Translations under genes and position numbers: made by a program | Part shown: piece after piece, positions 35,459 through 47,530 of the stretch | Layout of the letters: the number at the start of each line of letters is the position of its first letter | Numbering within the stretch: position 1 is the stretch's first letter | From: Naegleria gruberi | Lineage: Eukaryota | NCBI GenBank assembly: GCA_000004985.1 | Contig: GG738881.1 | Reading direction: 5' to 3' (one strand) | DNA length: 64,000 nucleotides | Notes under the pieces: generated by a model | Told to the model about the DNA's origin: nothing | Databases searched by the model: none | What the model saw: only the letters and a program-made list of their open reading frames with translations

Positions 35459-36032
35459 TTTTTTTTTAATTGTTGTTACTTCTTATGAATCAATGTCGAC
35501 TGAAAATTTCTATTTAGAAAAAAGGAAGATAAATTACAGTACATACAATTAACGGATGTTTCATTATCGATGTTGTTACAATAGCTGCTTTGAATCGATT
35601 ATTATTAGTATTTTTTCTGGAAATATCTTAATTTTTTCCTTAAATTCCAAAGGAATGGGTAAGGAACTACAGAATATGAAACAAACTAATTAGAAATGAG
35701 TTTAGTTTTAAGGATGTTAATAAGAGTCATGTGTTTAGAGGTGAAATGAAATTATTCGAAACAGTCATTAGAGTAAGTAAGGAGGATTATAATGAATGTC
35801 GCGTAACCGAATTTTATAAGGTCAACCCCTGAATAGTTTCCAATAAATATTTTGCTCAATGATTCGGCTAAGCCAAACATTCGAATAAAATTGTTTTCAC
35901 AATTGCATACGAAACCCATTATTGTATCCAAAGCCTCTGAAATATCTTTTGTTCCGTGCCAAAGAACATGAAAAGTGTCAATCTTTTTTACCCTCCATCC
36001 ATCAACGTCAACTGTAAAACAACAATAAAAAA

Positions 36033-37893
36033 ATGATTAGCACTTCAAGACCAAGTCTCTCTGGTTGGACAGAAATTTTCGATGAAAAACACCAGAGGTT
36101 TTATTATTTTAACCCATCAACTAATGAAACATCGTGGACACAGTAAGTAGTTTGGTTTCGTACACTTTCGTCAACTTTCGGATATAAAGTCCAAAAGAAC
36201 AAGAAACTCCAGCAGAACAACAACAACAAAATCATTCTTCTTCAACTTCTACAAATACAACAATAACAACAAATGAACTAGCACTTTCAACACTTTCTTC
36301 TAGATTATCCGAAACTGATAAAAAAAAGAAAATGGCAAAAAAGAAAAATCAAAGACGTTTTGCAAGTATAGCCGATCAATACTATCTCGTTTTCAAGAGA
36401 GTTAAAAAGTTAGAAGATGAGAAACCTTTAGGATATGATTCGTTAACAATCAAGGATAAATTTATCCTATTTCAATTATCACATTTGACATCTGTTAAAT
36501 CAGGTACAGTAAGATTAGCAGAAATGGAAAAGGAAATCAAAGAATCTGAAATGTTATTTTCATGTCTTAGAGGAGACACTCAAAAATTCACAGAATTAGT
36601 TTCCAAATATCCAAAGAAATTATCTGAAACTCTACCAACGTCCAAATTGAATATTTTACATTTAGGAGTAGCAAGTGGAAATATTCACATTGTAAAATAT
36701 ATAATTTCTCTGTTACAGAATATGAAATCAATTTCAATTGATCAAAATACTTTTAATGGATTAACTTCATTGCATATTGCTTGTTTATTTGGTTTATTTC
36801 AAATTGCTAGCTTGTTAATTGAGTTTGGTGGTGCAGATACTAATGTTACTTGTAATTGTATTCCAGTTGCTCCTCCTTATTTACAAAAACCACTTACTTA
36901 TTGGAATAATATTAAGGATTGTTCTGTAAATTCCTTTACACCATTCCTTTATGCTGTGTTTGGTGGTAGTTTGGAAACTGTTATCATGTTTGCCAATTTA
37001 GCAAAAGTTGGTGTTAGTATTGAACAGAATAGAACCGGTTTCATTACAGATGCACTTTCATTGGCCTGTATTTTACAACATGTTAAAATTGTTGAGCTAT
37101 TTTTGAGAGAGGATTATATTTTCAATTATGATCCTAATTGTATTGATGAATATGGTATGACTCCTATTATGTTTGTTGCCATGTCATCTGGAAATGCCAG
37201 TAAGTATTTAAATTCTCTATATTAGTTTAATGATTCATTTCATTGTTAATTCACATTCAAATTGTTAAACAATTGAATCATTCAGTTGTCGTTTCAAAAC
37301 TTGTTAAAAAGTCTGCAAGTATCGTTGGTGTGAATAGATTGAATGGCTACTCTTGTTTACACTTTGCCATCAATAATGGAAATTATGGATTCATCAAGAG
37401 ATTGTGTCAAGAGAAGGAAGGAAGTGAAGAATTGGCCCTCGTCTTGAGAACTCACAATGCCAAACAACCACTCAATCCACTTCAATATCTGAATAGTCCT
37501 GAAGCTCAAAATCAATTTACTCCCGAGCTGAGAAAAAAGACAGAAAATATTCTTAAAGCACATGGTGCTTCTGAAAAGAAAGGTTTCAGTGATATTGTAA
37601 AGGAAGGATATTTGACAAAACAAGGACACGTTGTCAAGAATTGGAAAAAGAGATGGTTTATTCTACGTGTTGGAGAATTGCAATATTTCAAGAGTATTCA
37701 AAAGCTTAAAGAGCCAACTGGTGCTATCAATTTGGAGAATGGAAGTTTAGCTAAAACTTATACGAAAAATTGTTTTGTCTTGTATGATTCAAAGAATGAT
37801 AAGAAATTTTTCATTCAGGCTGCAACAGATGAGGAAATGAAAGAATGGTGGGATGCTATCGCATTCTGCATATCTCATGCTGGTGGTCAATAA
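36033..37893 (+). CDS. WW domain + ankyrin repeats + PH domain protein. Three exons.
   Basis: Exon 1 has a canonical WW domain, GWTEIFDEKHQRFYYFNPSTNETSWT, ending CA|GTAAGT at ~36144. Exon 2 starts after ..ataaag at ~36191 and runs in frame through MAKKKNQRRF... with ankyrin repeats (LHLGVASGNIHIVKYIISLL; GLTSLHIACLFGLFQIASLLIEFGGADTNV; TPFLYAVFGGSLETV). Intron ~37206..37270. Exon 3 has another ankyrin repeat (GYSCLHFAINNGNYGFIKRL) and a PH domain, IVKEGYLTKQGHVVKNWKKRWFILRVGELQYFKS...FFIQAATDEEMKEWWDAIAF. Confidence 0.8.
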
Positions 37894-38098
37894 ATAGTTT
37901 ATTAATATTTGAAATCACACTGCTTACCATAATTAGGAAAAGCAGAAGATGTTAGTTATTAAAAGGATCTCAGAATTTATGAAATAGGGCACATGAACAA
38001 GGTATGTCGCTTCTTTCAAGGAACTTCATGTTCGGTTCACTGAATCTCCCCTTAATTCCATCATGTAATCAACAGTTAATCCTCCTTAATTGATTTGG

Positions 38099-39462
38099 CT
38101 AATCGTGAGGATCTTTGGAATGTGGAGTTTCAATATCATGAGCTACGTGGTCTTTGTCTATTACATCCACACCTGCGAACTCGTTACAACCAAAAGAGTA
38201 CTCCCTTTCAAGTTCCTTCTCTTCTTTATCCTCATCGTTGGTATTTTGTGGTTTAACAGGAGATAAAGGTTTGGCACTTTTCACATTAGCTGAAACTGCT
38301 TGCTTTCTAGGAGAATGAAAGCTGTCTCCTCTTGGTGTCTTGCTTGGATGGGAGCCAGCACAGTTAATAACAATCTCTGAATTAACATCCCCTTCATAAA
38401 TTTCGGATCCAACAGTTCTTGGTGATTGTTGTGAACCCATTGTGTGGCTTCCATGTATTATTGAGGAAGCTCGCTTAAACTCGGCATGATGATCGTTGTG
38501 AAGTGTGTTTGTACTGTGAGATTTTGTTTCGATTGGGTGTATTCTCTTTCCGTCTGAAATTTTCTCAATCTTGTAAGAAAATGTGCTTTCTGTAATGGCT
38601 GCGCTTGATGTTTCCATTTGAGTAGTTTCAGTTTCCTCAGCTCTTTTGGCATTATTTGCAGCATTCTTTTCTTCCAACTTTTCCACTTGTAATCTTCTCT
38701 TTTCCATAATATATTCGTAAGTTGTCTGATTCCTGTAAACTGTTGGTTGGATTTGGTCAACTCTATTATTGTTAAAAAAAGCTACTTACTCAATTTGATA
38801 TGAAGAATAAAAAGCTGAGTTATTGAGAGAGCTACCATCAACGTAACAAGACCACCTAATGCTACATAACACAAGTGAGCTATAGGATGGCTGAAAGTAT
38901 AAACACTCAGAACTATTCAATAATAAATAACATTTAGAAATATGTGAACGTTTCCACTTACGTCTTTCACTGAAATCATCATACCATATACTGGAATCAA
39001 TAATGAAAATTACTTTGGCAAACACTGTGTAGAGTAATAACAGAAAAGTATCGCAAAGGAACACAAAGAACACTTTGTAGTTTCTTCTTCCAATGCACAT
39101 GTTCAACCATCTGCAATGATGATCAAACCCAGACACACATTTCATACATAATTTACAATGTTTGCTCGATTCATATCTAAAAAAGATCAATTAAGAATTC
39201 AATCCAAAACCTACACTATCAATTTACAATGTTGACAAAATACTATTTTCTTCCCTTCATAAATTGGGTCAACACCCTTATCTTTCATAATTAAATGTTC
39301 ATCAGCTGCATCAAAAAAAGTCAATATTAAATGTGTGATTGTACTCGTCGATCCCATTAAGAAATAAATTATTGTTGCTGGAACAAGAAATTCCACCCTC
39401 GCCACAGTGGAAATCATTAAATAGAAATCAAAATGTAAAAGTATCATGCCTATCCAGGCCAA
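38099..39462 (-). CDS. DHHC-type protein S-palmitoyltransferase, multi-exon. Exact splice boundaries around the Cys-rich domain are not resolved.
   Basis: Exon at 39462..39211 has TM helices and the start of the Cys-rich domain (..[13 protein letters not shown]). The next exon has ..[37 protein letters not shown] (the DHHC-CRD signature C-x2-C-x4-DHHC-x5-C-x4-N) followed by TM helices. The 38707..38099 ORF gives a hydrophilic S/T-rich C-terminal tail. Confidence 0.75.
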
Positions 39463-40166
39463 TACTTGAAAAACATCAACAGGCCACTGAAGGCCATGTT
39501 TCCTCCGAACATTTCTCTTCCGAATGCCTCCCTAATAATACTGTTGATCCAAACATTAATAATCAAGTTACCTACCTTGCAGTCACACCCGAGACACATT
39601 TTCTTTGAAAATTATAATTATAATACTCGTAACAATGTTGTATTAATTCATAAAGCGATTTATCTCCTTAAAAATCTTAGCGTTTTTAAATAATACAAAA
39701 ACCACTCCTCTTTTCCAACAAGTATAATGGTCTATTGCTTATTGTTCTTCTCTTTCTTTGTATACACTCCCAAAAAGATAACACTCGTTATTATTTAAGG
39801 TTTGTTGTTGACAACTTTTTTTGCGAATGAATGGTGAAAATAAGGCTTTGAAGTTTTGGACATCCGCATTAGCAATAAACAACATTTGTTCCACTAACTA
39901 CACAAAGCGCGGCAAATCAGCTTCAGGTGTTAGGACGCACAATTCATTGAGGGCAAATTTTGCTCAATTTTAAATGAAATAATACATCAGCAAATGTCAT
40001 ATGAAATGTATTATCATGTAATTATAAAGATGAAGTTATTAATAATATAAAGATGAGCATCAGAGAGAATAATGCAAAATTCAATAGTAAGAAAGTGTGT
40101 TGAGGCAGTTGTAGAAAATTGGCGCCAAAATTTGAAAGGTAAAAAAACAGTAAGCAAAAAAAATGA

Positions 40167-42425
40167 GTGTTCAAGCAGCTTCAAGCCAGGGCTAGTAGTA
40201 CCTTCCTGAGGAAATCTCAAATGGCAAATAATAGTAGTAATGTTTCAGAGAGTGTGGGGATGATTGATACAGATCTTGTTGAATTATATACACATTGTGT
40301 TTTATGTATTGATAGATATCGATCGGATAGTGGAGGTTATCCACCTGACACTTTTGTTGAGCATTACTTTGATGATATGGATTTAGAGAAAAATAAGAAA
40401 GATATGGAATTTATTTCGGAACTTATAGTTGGATTGGAACGATATGAAAACTTTATCAATACGACTTTGGATCTATTTGCAAAAAGAAGTTCTGCTGAGG
40501 AATTTTTAATTTTAAACAGAGAAAAGACGGACTATTCTGTGGTTTTGTATATGCTCTATTTTATCTTCCCTGAAAAAGCAACATTTGCATTCCTTAAATT
40601 ATTTTTCTCTAATGCACTTGTACCTGTAAAGAGACAGCGATTTATTCAATTCATTTTCAATTCGGACATAATTGCTGAAAAGTGTGTCGATGAATGGAGT
40701 AAGCATTATGAAATAGCTTGGATAGAAGCTGAAATTATCTCATCGGTAAAGGAAAATCAAGGCACTGTTTTGGATTATGCAGCCACTCTTGTTGATAAAT
40801 CAAAACCTCAGAGAAAAGCCGATACAGTGATGGAGCCATTCAACTTGACAGAACAAAAACCCAAGACCCTCCCAGTAGAGGAAGTTATTGATTTTAAATT
40901 TAAGACAAAGGAAGTACCGGCTACAACCTACCAACCAGAGCATCCAGGTATTGCTAAAGCTCTGGATATGTACAGGGAAGGTAAAAGAGTGCCATTCCTT
41001 GACGAAAAGGTATTGGAAAAGAATAGAAATGAGATGAATAAGTTGCGAGAAGAAATGGAGAAGAGTAAGCTCAATAATTCTACTCTCTTCCAAAAGAAGA
41101 AGAAAGATGCAGAAGAGTTTGCCAAAAAATACGAGGAAACAATTCCTTCCCCCAAGTTTGTAGTGAAAGACATCGAACAAGTTAGAAAGATACTAGATGC
41201 TCCAGCTAATGTCAAACTGAACGCGGCAGCAATCTTGAGAGAAGAAGCCATTGTCAGAAAGAAGCAAGGAAAAGAAGCTGAGTTGTTAAAGAAATACGAG
41301 ACTGAATTGAGAGATGACTCTGAGTTTGTAAATTGGAAGGAATCAATGAAACTTATGGATGAAAAAAAACAACTGGAAGATATTGAAAGAAAGAAGAGAG
41401 AAGCTATGGAAAGTGATCTCAATGCAAGATTAATGAAGGAACAATTTGCAGAGAAGAACACTATTATCGCCTCAGAACAGAAAAAGAAAAGGGAAGCAGA
41501 TGTTAATGCACTGAAAGAAAAACTTGTCACTTACCAAAAGATGCAAGAAGAAAAAAACAAAGAGTTTGCAAAGGCCAGAGAGGAAAAATTGAAGGAGGTA
41601 AAGAAGGAAATTAAGATTGAAAAGAAGAGAACTGCCTATGAAGTGAAAAAACAAAGAGAAGTCAATGAAAAGATAATTAAGAAACAACAAGAGGAGGAAC
41701 AGAAGAAGAGAGAAGAGTTGATGAAACAAATCAAAGCTTTAGTGAGTGGCTCAAAACGTCAAACAAAAACATTCGATAGAACAGAAACTTCAGAAGTTGG
41801 TCTTCTAGCTGAAATGTCTATACAACAATTAAAGGAGGAACTTGATGGTCTTAAGAAAAAACAAGAACAAGAGCGAGAAGAAAAGAAATCTCAAATTATT
41901 TCACAAAAAAAGGAAAAGGAAAATGACATGCAGGCAAAACTTTCCTTACTTCGAAAACATAGAGAACAAACGAAGAAGGAACGAACAACCAATAGAATGA
42001 AAAAGATTGAAACTATGGAGACTCAAAACAAGCAGGCAGAAGAAATGAGACGAGAGGGAATGATAGCCCTCAGTGAAAAGATTGAGCAAAAGCGAGACCT
42101 GAAAATGAAAGAACTCAAGCAACAAGCAGAACTGAAGAATCAACGATTGAAAGAAAAACAAAGACTTCACCAAGAAAAAGAAAATGTTGAGAAGAAGCAC
42201 TGGGAGAATCAAGAAATAGGTGCAGAACGAGAATGCCTTATAAGATTTGAAAATCAAAAACGAAGTGCTCCTGTTAGAAATCGATCCAAGAAAATAGGTC
42301 TTTATAAAACAAGTGACAATATAACTGAAGCCATACATCACGAGGAGGAAACACCAATTAACGAGGAAGTTGAAGATCATCCTGAAGACACAACTCACAA
42401 TACATCTGCAGCAGAAATAAACTAA
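40167..42425 (+). CDS. Large K/E-rich coiled-coil protein with a ~230-aa structured N-terminal domain of unknown family.
   Basis: 752-aa intronless ORF. N-terminal DTDLVELYTHCVLCIDRYRSDSGGYPPDTFVEHYFDDM...YMLYFIFPEKATFAFLKLFFSNALVPVKRQRFIQFIF, then >450 aa of heptad-rich charged sequence (EEKNKEFAKAREEKLKEVKKEIKIEKKR...). Confidence 0.55.
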   Translation: MFKQLQARASSTFLRKSQMANNSSNVSESVGMIDTDLVELYTHCVLCIDRYRSDSGGYPPDTFVEHYFDDMDLEKNKKDMEFISELIVGLERYENFINTTLDLFAKRSSAEEFLILNREKTDYSVVLYMLYFIFPEKATFAFLKLFFSNALVPVKRQRFIQFIFNSDIIAEKCVDEWSKHYEIAWIEAEIISSVKENQGTVLDYAATLVDKSKPQRKADTVMEPFNLTEQKPKTLPVEEVIDFKFKTKEVPATTYQPEHPGIAKALDMYREGKRVPFLDEKVLEKNRNEMNKLREEMEKSKLNNSTLFQKKKKDAEEFAKKYEETIPSPKFVVKDIEQVRKILDAPANVKLNAAAILREEAIVRKKQGKEAELLKKYETELRDDSEFVNWKESMKLMDEKKQLEDIERKKREAMESDLNARLMKEQFAEKNTIIASEQKKKREADVNALKEKLVTYQKMQEEKNKEFAKAREEKLKEVKKEIKIEKKRTAYEVKKQREVNEKIIKKQQEEEQKKREELMKQIKALVSGSKRQTKTFDRTETSEVGLLAEMSIQQLKEELDGLKKKQEQEREEKKSQIISQKKEKENDMQAKLSLLRKHREQTKKERTTNRMKKIETMETQNKQAEEMRREGMIALSEKIEQKRDLKMKELKQQAELKNQRLKEKQRLHQEKENVEKKHWENQEIGAERECLIRFENQKRSAPVRNRSKKIGLYKTSDNITEAIHHEEETPINEEVEDHPEDTTHNTSAAEIN

Positions 42426-42454
42426 CAATGCCAAAAATCATTATGAATTTGAAG

Positions 42455-43108
42455 CTATTTTTCAGTATCAGGTGTCTTCTTCTGGAGATTGAAAGAAATT
42501 GTGGATTTTGTTGAACTTTTAACAGAAAGAGGAGTTGATCTAATGGATTGATTTGGAGTCGACAACATTAATTCGTCCTCTTCTAATTCATCCAATTCGA
42601 TTGTTTCCTCTTGATTCTTTTTCGATTTTTTCGACAAGTACTCTTCATACTTGTTCGGAATGAGTGGATCATATTCATCAGCATCTCTAGTAGAATTATT
42701 CATTGAATTATTTAATTTCCTCTTATTGTGTAGTGTTTGGCTTGCATCTTCAGTCGGATCGTCAATTATTGTTCCAATTTTCTTTACATTATCACTTGAT
42801 GATTTGAAGGGATTACTCCTTGGTGTTTGCTTTAATTTTACAGATGATGGAACCAAAGAGAATGAACTCAATCCTTTAGGTTTAGCTGGTGCGATATTCT
42901 CCTCTGGTGTTGCAACAATTAATTGTTTGTTCTCCTCCTTTGGTTTTTCTTCCGAACATGAAACTACCAATGAGTTGCTCACTTTATCTATTGTTGTTTT
43001 TGATGGAGTGGCAATCGGAGTGTCTACTGCAGTTTCCTGTTGTTGATTTGATGTTTGTGTTTGTTTTGAAGGAAGTGGGAGTGAACCAAACAGTGACATT
43101 TTTTGCAA
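42455..43108 (-). CDS. Hypothetical small S/T-rich protein carrying a DEYDPLIPNKYEEY motif like the N-terminal motif of splicing factor SPF45/RBM17 (no G-patch or RRM present).
   Basis: 217-aa ORF. Motif DADEYDPLIPNKYEEYLSKK compared with human RBM17 DEYDPMFPNDYEK from memory. The rest is low complexity. Confidence 0.4.
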   Translation of the reverse strand: MQKMSLFGSLPLPSKQTQTSNQQQETAVDTPIATPSKTTIDKVSNSLVVSCSEEKPKEENKQLIVATPEENIAPAKPKGLSSFSLVPSSVKLKQTPRSNPFKSSSDNVKKIGTIIDDPTEDASQTLHNKRKLNNSMNNSTRDADEYDPLIPNKYEEYLSKKSKKNQEETIELDELEEDELMLSTPNQSIRSTPLSVKSSTKSTISFNLQKKTPDTEK

Positions 43109-43159
43109 TTATTTAAATATTAATTCATGGTTGACAAATTCTAAAGTATTTATAATAAA

Positions 43160-44392
43160 TTAAAGTTTTCTAATTGAGATACCTCCCACAAAATCGCAAT
43201 ACTTATATGCTGGACTCCAAATTCCACTATCATATTCAGTAGGCAGAACTGTATCACAAACCATTCCCTTTGAAATAACACGAATGGAATCAACTGTTTT
43301 TCCAATATTTGGTAATCTCCAAAAGAGTGATTGAGTTTCACATGGAACAAATGAATCAATGAGAGGAATTTGTTCATTGTGAAGAATAGTTGCCTTTCCT
43401 TGAGAGTTTGGTGCTGAAAGAAGGGCAATTTCCAAATGTAAATTTTGAATGGTTGTTGTGAGAGGGAGATTGGTATCTCTCTTTGTAGAGGATGGTGGTG
43501 CAACACATGGATATTTGACCTTAATGTTAAAATCATTTTCCTTGACAGGTGTCATTGAAACATCTAATGGGAATGCAGCAACTGCAAAGAATGGTTTAAA
43601 ACATGTCTTGTCATCATTTGGCTCTGCATGTTTCCACATGTTACAAAAATCACTGACAGAATATCTGACTGTAGTTGGGTTTCCATCTCTATCCCAAGGA
43701 TCCAACATGATAATATGAGATACTTGATTATTTGATGTTTCGTATCCAACAGCAACTCTATAGTGTCCTGAAGATGTTGGACTATCTTTGAATTTCATTA
43801 AACACATTACAGGAATATCATTCTTCAAAAATTGATTGACCAAACTATCAACCCAACATTTAGTTGTGGTATCTTGTCTGGCTTGTTCACATGGCAACAA
43901 GGTATTTCTATCAGGATAATACAATGTAACCAAACCAGAATGCTCGAAAATATTTGCTGGAATTGATGCAAATGAATTATTTGCCAAACCAAACCAACCA
44001 TTCTTTGGAGAAACTTCTGGAAATTGGATATAATGTTGACTTTGAGGAGTAGAACTAATTGGTGAAAATCTAGCTCCTCTCACAACATCCAAACTCAATG
44101 TTCCTGAATGATTTGAAGTTCTAGCAACATCAATAATAGCTCTCTGATCAATAAACTTTTCTCTATAATAATACGAGAGCACCATATTCAAAGAGGCATC
44201 ACCACATGAATAATCTGTGATTTGATGCAAATATGGCACGTTCATAATTTTGTCTTTGAGTGGCGATATCATCTTCAATTCTGCTCCTCTCACCACCTCC
44301 TGGATTCCGAAGAAGCACACAACAATCATCATGACAATAAATGCATTAATAGGTGCACACCCATCAGAGTGATGACTCACTTTTGGAGACAT
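43160..44392 (-). CDS. Secreted or membrane-anchored C39-like cysteine peptidase domain protein (Peptidase_C39_2-like), intronless, with an extra C-terminal domain.
   Basis: N-terminal hydrophobic leader (INAFIVMMIVVCFFGIQEV). Catalytic Cys context QITDYSCGDASLNMVLSYYY (C39 Q..CG.A.L.M...YY). Catalytic His/Asp context SGHYRVAVGYE...HIIMLDPWDRDG. A further ~200 aa follow with several Cys. Confidence 0.65.
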   Translation of the reverse strand: MSPKVSHHSDGCAPINAFIVMMIVVCFFGIQEVVRGAELKMISPLKDKIMNVPYLHQITDYSCGDASLNMVLSYYYREKFIDQRAIIDVARTSNHSGTLSLDVVRGARFSPISSTPQSQHYIQFPEVSPKNGWFGLANNSFASIPANIFEHSGLVTLYYPDRNTLLPCEQARQDTTTKCWVDSLVNQFLKNDIPVMCLMKFKDSPTSSGHYRVAVGYETSNNQVSHIIMLDPWDRDGNPTTVRYSVSDFCNMWKHAEPNDDKTCFKPFFAVAAFPLDVSMTPVKENDFNIKVKYPCVAPPSSTKRDTNLPLTTTIQNLHLEIALLSAPNSQGKATILHNEQIPLIDSFVPCETQSLFWRLPNIGKTVDSIRVISKGMVCDTVLPTEYDSGIWSPAYKYCDFVGGISIRKL

Positions 44393-45064
44393 TTTTTTGT
44401 AAGACTTGTCTCAGTCTTGAGCAGTAACATCTTATGTAATCTTCTTCTTTTATTCTCCTCAATAAGCACTTTTAGTCCTTTCTTATTGAATTTTCAATAA
44501 TAATTATCATCATGAATTTTTACAATGAATTTTACATTTTCAATATAAATATATTATGAATATTAATAACCAGTCCAAGTAGCTATGCTCATACAACCGT
44601 TCAATTATCCCAAAATGATTCTACAGTTCTCATATCGATTGTAGAAAAAACAAGAGTTTCTTATTCGTTCGGATTTTTTCTATATCTCTCCGGTTGATCA
44701 TGACTCTTTGAGTACAGAGAGAGAGTTGGTTTTCTATTTACCATTCCCATTCTCAATAATACGCCATTAATTGTTGCGATTGATCAGAATCAGATATTAT
44801 TATCAAAGCCTTTAATGTGTTTGTGAATGTTGCTGTTTTTTGTCGCTATTTTGCCTCTCTCTTGTAAACACCATTTCTGTTGTTTAAAAACAAATTTAAA
44901 AAAAAAGAAATTGCCATCTGTGGTTGTTTGCGTAGCGAATCACTCTTCTTTGAACATTGAAATTTTGTTCTACTACTCCTTTGTATATTAGTGATACACA
45001 ACTTTAAATTGGTTGTATTTGTAAAAAACTTAGTGTAAAATATTGTATATTTAAACTTATAGAA

Positions 45065-47427
45065 ATGAAGTCAACCATTAGATCGGGTGTTATTGGAAAG
45101 TTTAAGAATCAAAGCAAATTGTTGATGAGTGGAGTTTCATCATCACCACTTGTTATTGGTAACAAGAGATTGATCAACTCAACCATGAATAATTTAATGA
45201 TGGAAAAGAGGTCTTTTTCACAATGTGCCATTAAATTTAACAAGCCAGATTCCGAGATTCCTGATTCATTCGAAGAATCTTACAAAATGTCCATCGATTT
45301 CAAAACTGGTGGTGCTGAAAAGTTCTGGGCTGCTCAGGTAAGTTGTAATCTTTACTGTTTCTAATTATTACCATGTTTAGGCTGATGAGTTGAGTTGGAT
45401 TACTCCATACACAAGAGTACTCAACAATGACAATCCTCCATTCACAAAGTGGTTTGAAGGAGGCACTATTAATGCATGTTATAACTGTTTGGATGTTCAT
45501 GTTAATAATGGAAGAGGAGATCGGGTTGCTGTAATTTATGACAGTCCTGTATCAGCCAAATACAATAATGGACAACCTGTTGTAAGAAAGATCACCTATT
45601 CTGAGCTTTTGAAAAATGTTCAACTGCTTGCTAATGTTATGAAAACTAAATTTGGTGTTAAGGTAAGTTTGACCAGCTCAGTAATATTAAAAATATTCAG
45701 AAAGGTGACAGAGTAGTAATCTATATGCCAATGATTCCCCAAGCCCTAGAGGCAATGCTTGCCTGTCAAAGATTGGGTGCTATTCACTCTGTTGTTTTTG
45801 GTGGTTTTGCTAGTCATGAACTGGCAATTCGTATTCAAGATGCCACACCAAAACTGATTATTTCCTCATCATTTGGTCTTGAAGGAATGAATAAGACAAT
45901 TAATTATAAGGAAATTATTGACGATGCCTTTGTAAAGTCTGGAGAAGCTGCTAATGGATTAAAGTCTCTTATTTATCATAGAGAGAACTTACCAAAAGTC
46001 AATCTCCAAGAAGGAAGAGATTATGATTGGGAAACCTTAGTGAATGCTAAGGATAACAAACCAATGAAGGAAGTTGAAGCTGTTTCTTCAACTGATCCAA
46101 TGGTAAGTAATTTTCAACTATCTCAATTTCTTAAAGAAAAAAGTATCTTCTCTACACAAGTGGAAGTACAGGTAAGCCAAAGGGAGTCGTTCGTCCACTT
46201 GCTGCTCACTTGACAACTCTGAAATGGAGTATGAAATCAGTTTTTGGAATTGAGGAAAACGATGTCATGTGTGCGATTAGTGACATAGGATGGGTAGTAG
46301 GCCATAGCTATATTGTCTATGCTCCTTTATTGAAAGGTTGTACCACTGTCATGTTTGAAGGCAAACCAATTGGTACACCAGATTCTTCTGCCATTTGGAA
46401 ACTCGTATCTCAACACAAGGCCAACGTCGTCTTTTTTGCCCCAACAGCTGCTCGTGCCATTAAGAAGGAAGATTTGAATGGAGATCACATTCGTAATAAT
46501 GATCTGAGTAGTTTGAGAGCATTGTTTGTAGCTGGTGAAAGATGTGACACAAGTACCTTGTTTTGGTTACAAGAACACTTAAAGAGACCAGTCATTGATA
46601 ACTATTGGCAAACAGAAACTGGTAGTCCAATTTGCTCTGTTTCACTTGGTTATCAAAAGGATTATTCAAAGATTAAGGTAGCTCCAGGCTCTTGTAACAA
46701 ACCAGTACATGGATGGAATATTAAGATTCTTCCAATTGAACAAGCAGACCAAGAATTGGATACTAATCAACTCTCTGAACTTGCTGAACATAATGAGGGT
46801 TATATTGTTGCCAAGTGGTAAGTTAATTGTCAACTTTCTGAATTTCTTAATCAAAATAGTCCACTTCCTCCAGGATTCATGTCAACAGTTTGGGGTAATA
46901 ATGATAGATTTGTTGATGGATACTTCAAGACATTTGCTAAATATTATAAGGCAGGTGATGCTGGACATATGGATAAAGATGGAAATGTCTATGTCATGAC
47001 AAGAACTGATGATATTATCAATGTTGCTGCACACAGACTTTCTACTGCAGAAATGGAAGAATTATTACTTAGACTTCCAGAAGTTGCTGAAGCAGCTGTA
47101 ATTGGTATTAAGGATGAATTGAAAGGGCAAATTCCTATTGGTTTTGTCGTTCTCAATGAAAAATTCAAACATGTTCCAAGAGTTGAAATTGAAAAAAGAT
47201 GTGTTGAAACCATTCGTAAGAATATTGGTGCAGTTGCTGTTTTCAAAATCGTCATGATTTGTGAAAAGTTGCCAAAGACTCGTTCTGGTAAGATTTTAAG
47301 AGGAATAATGAGACACATTGCCGACGGAGAGAAGTATGTATTCCCATCAACCATTGAAGATGCTACTGTTCTTACTGATATTGAAAGAGTTTTGGCTGAA
47401 CATAATCTTCCAGCTCCATCTAATTAA
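45065..47427 (+). CDS. Mitochondrial short-chain acyl-CoA synthetase (propionyl-/acetyl-CoA synthetase, ACSS3-like). Five exons.
   Basis: Exon 1 45065..~45338 has a presequence-like N-terminus and ..KFWAAQ|GTAAGT. Exon 2 ~45380..45662 (ADELSWITPYTRVLNNDNPPFTKWFEGGTINACYNCLDVHV...). Exon 3 ~45700..46108. Exon 4 from ~46150 has the AMP-binding motif LYTSGSTGKPKGVVRPL and runs to ~46819. Exon 5 ~46858..47427 (...DAGHMDKDGNVYVMTRTDDIINVAAHRLSTAEMEE...KLPKTRSGKILR...). Stop 47425-47427. Confidence 0.85.
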
Positions 47428-47530
47428 ATAAATTCTAATAATCAAAATATTTGAATATTCGATTGACCATTCAACGATTAACTTGATCAAAAAATAATAT
47501 TAAATTAATTGGCGTTTTGGATAATTCAAT

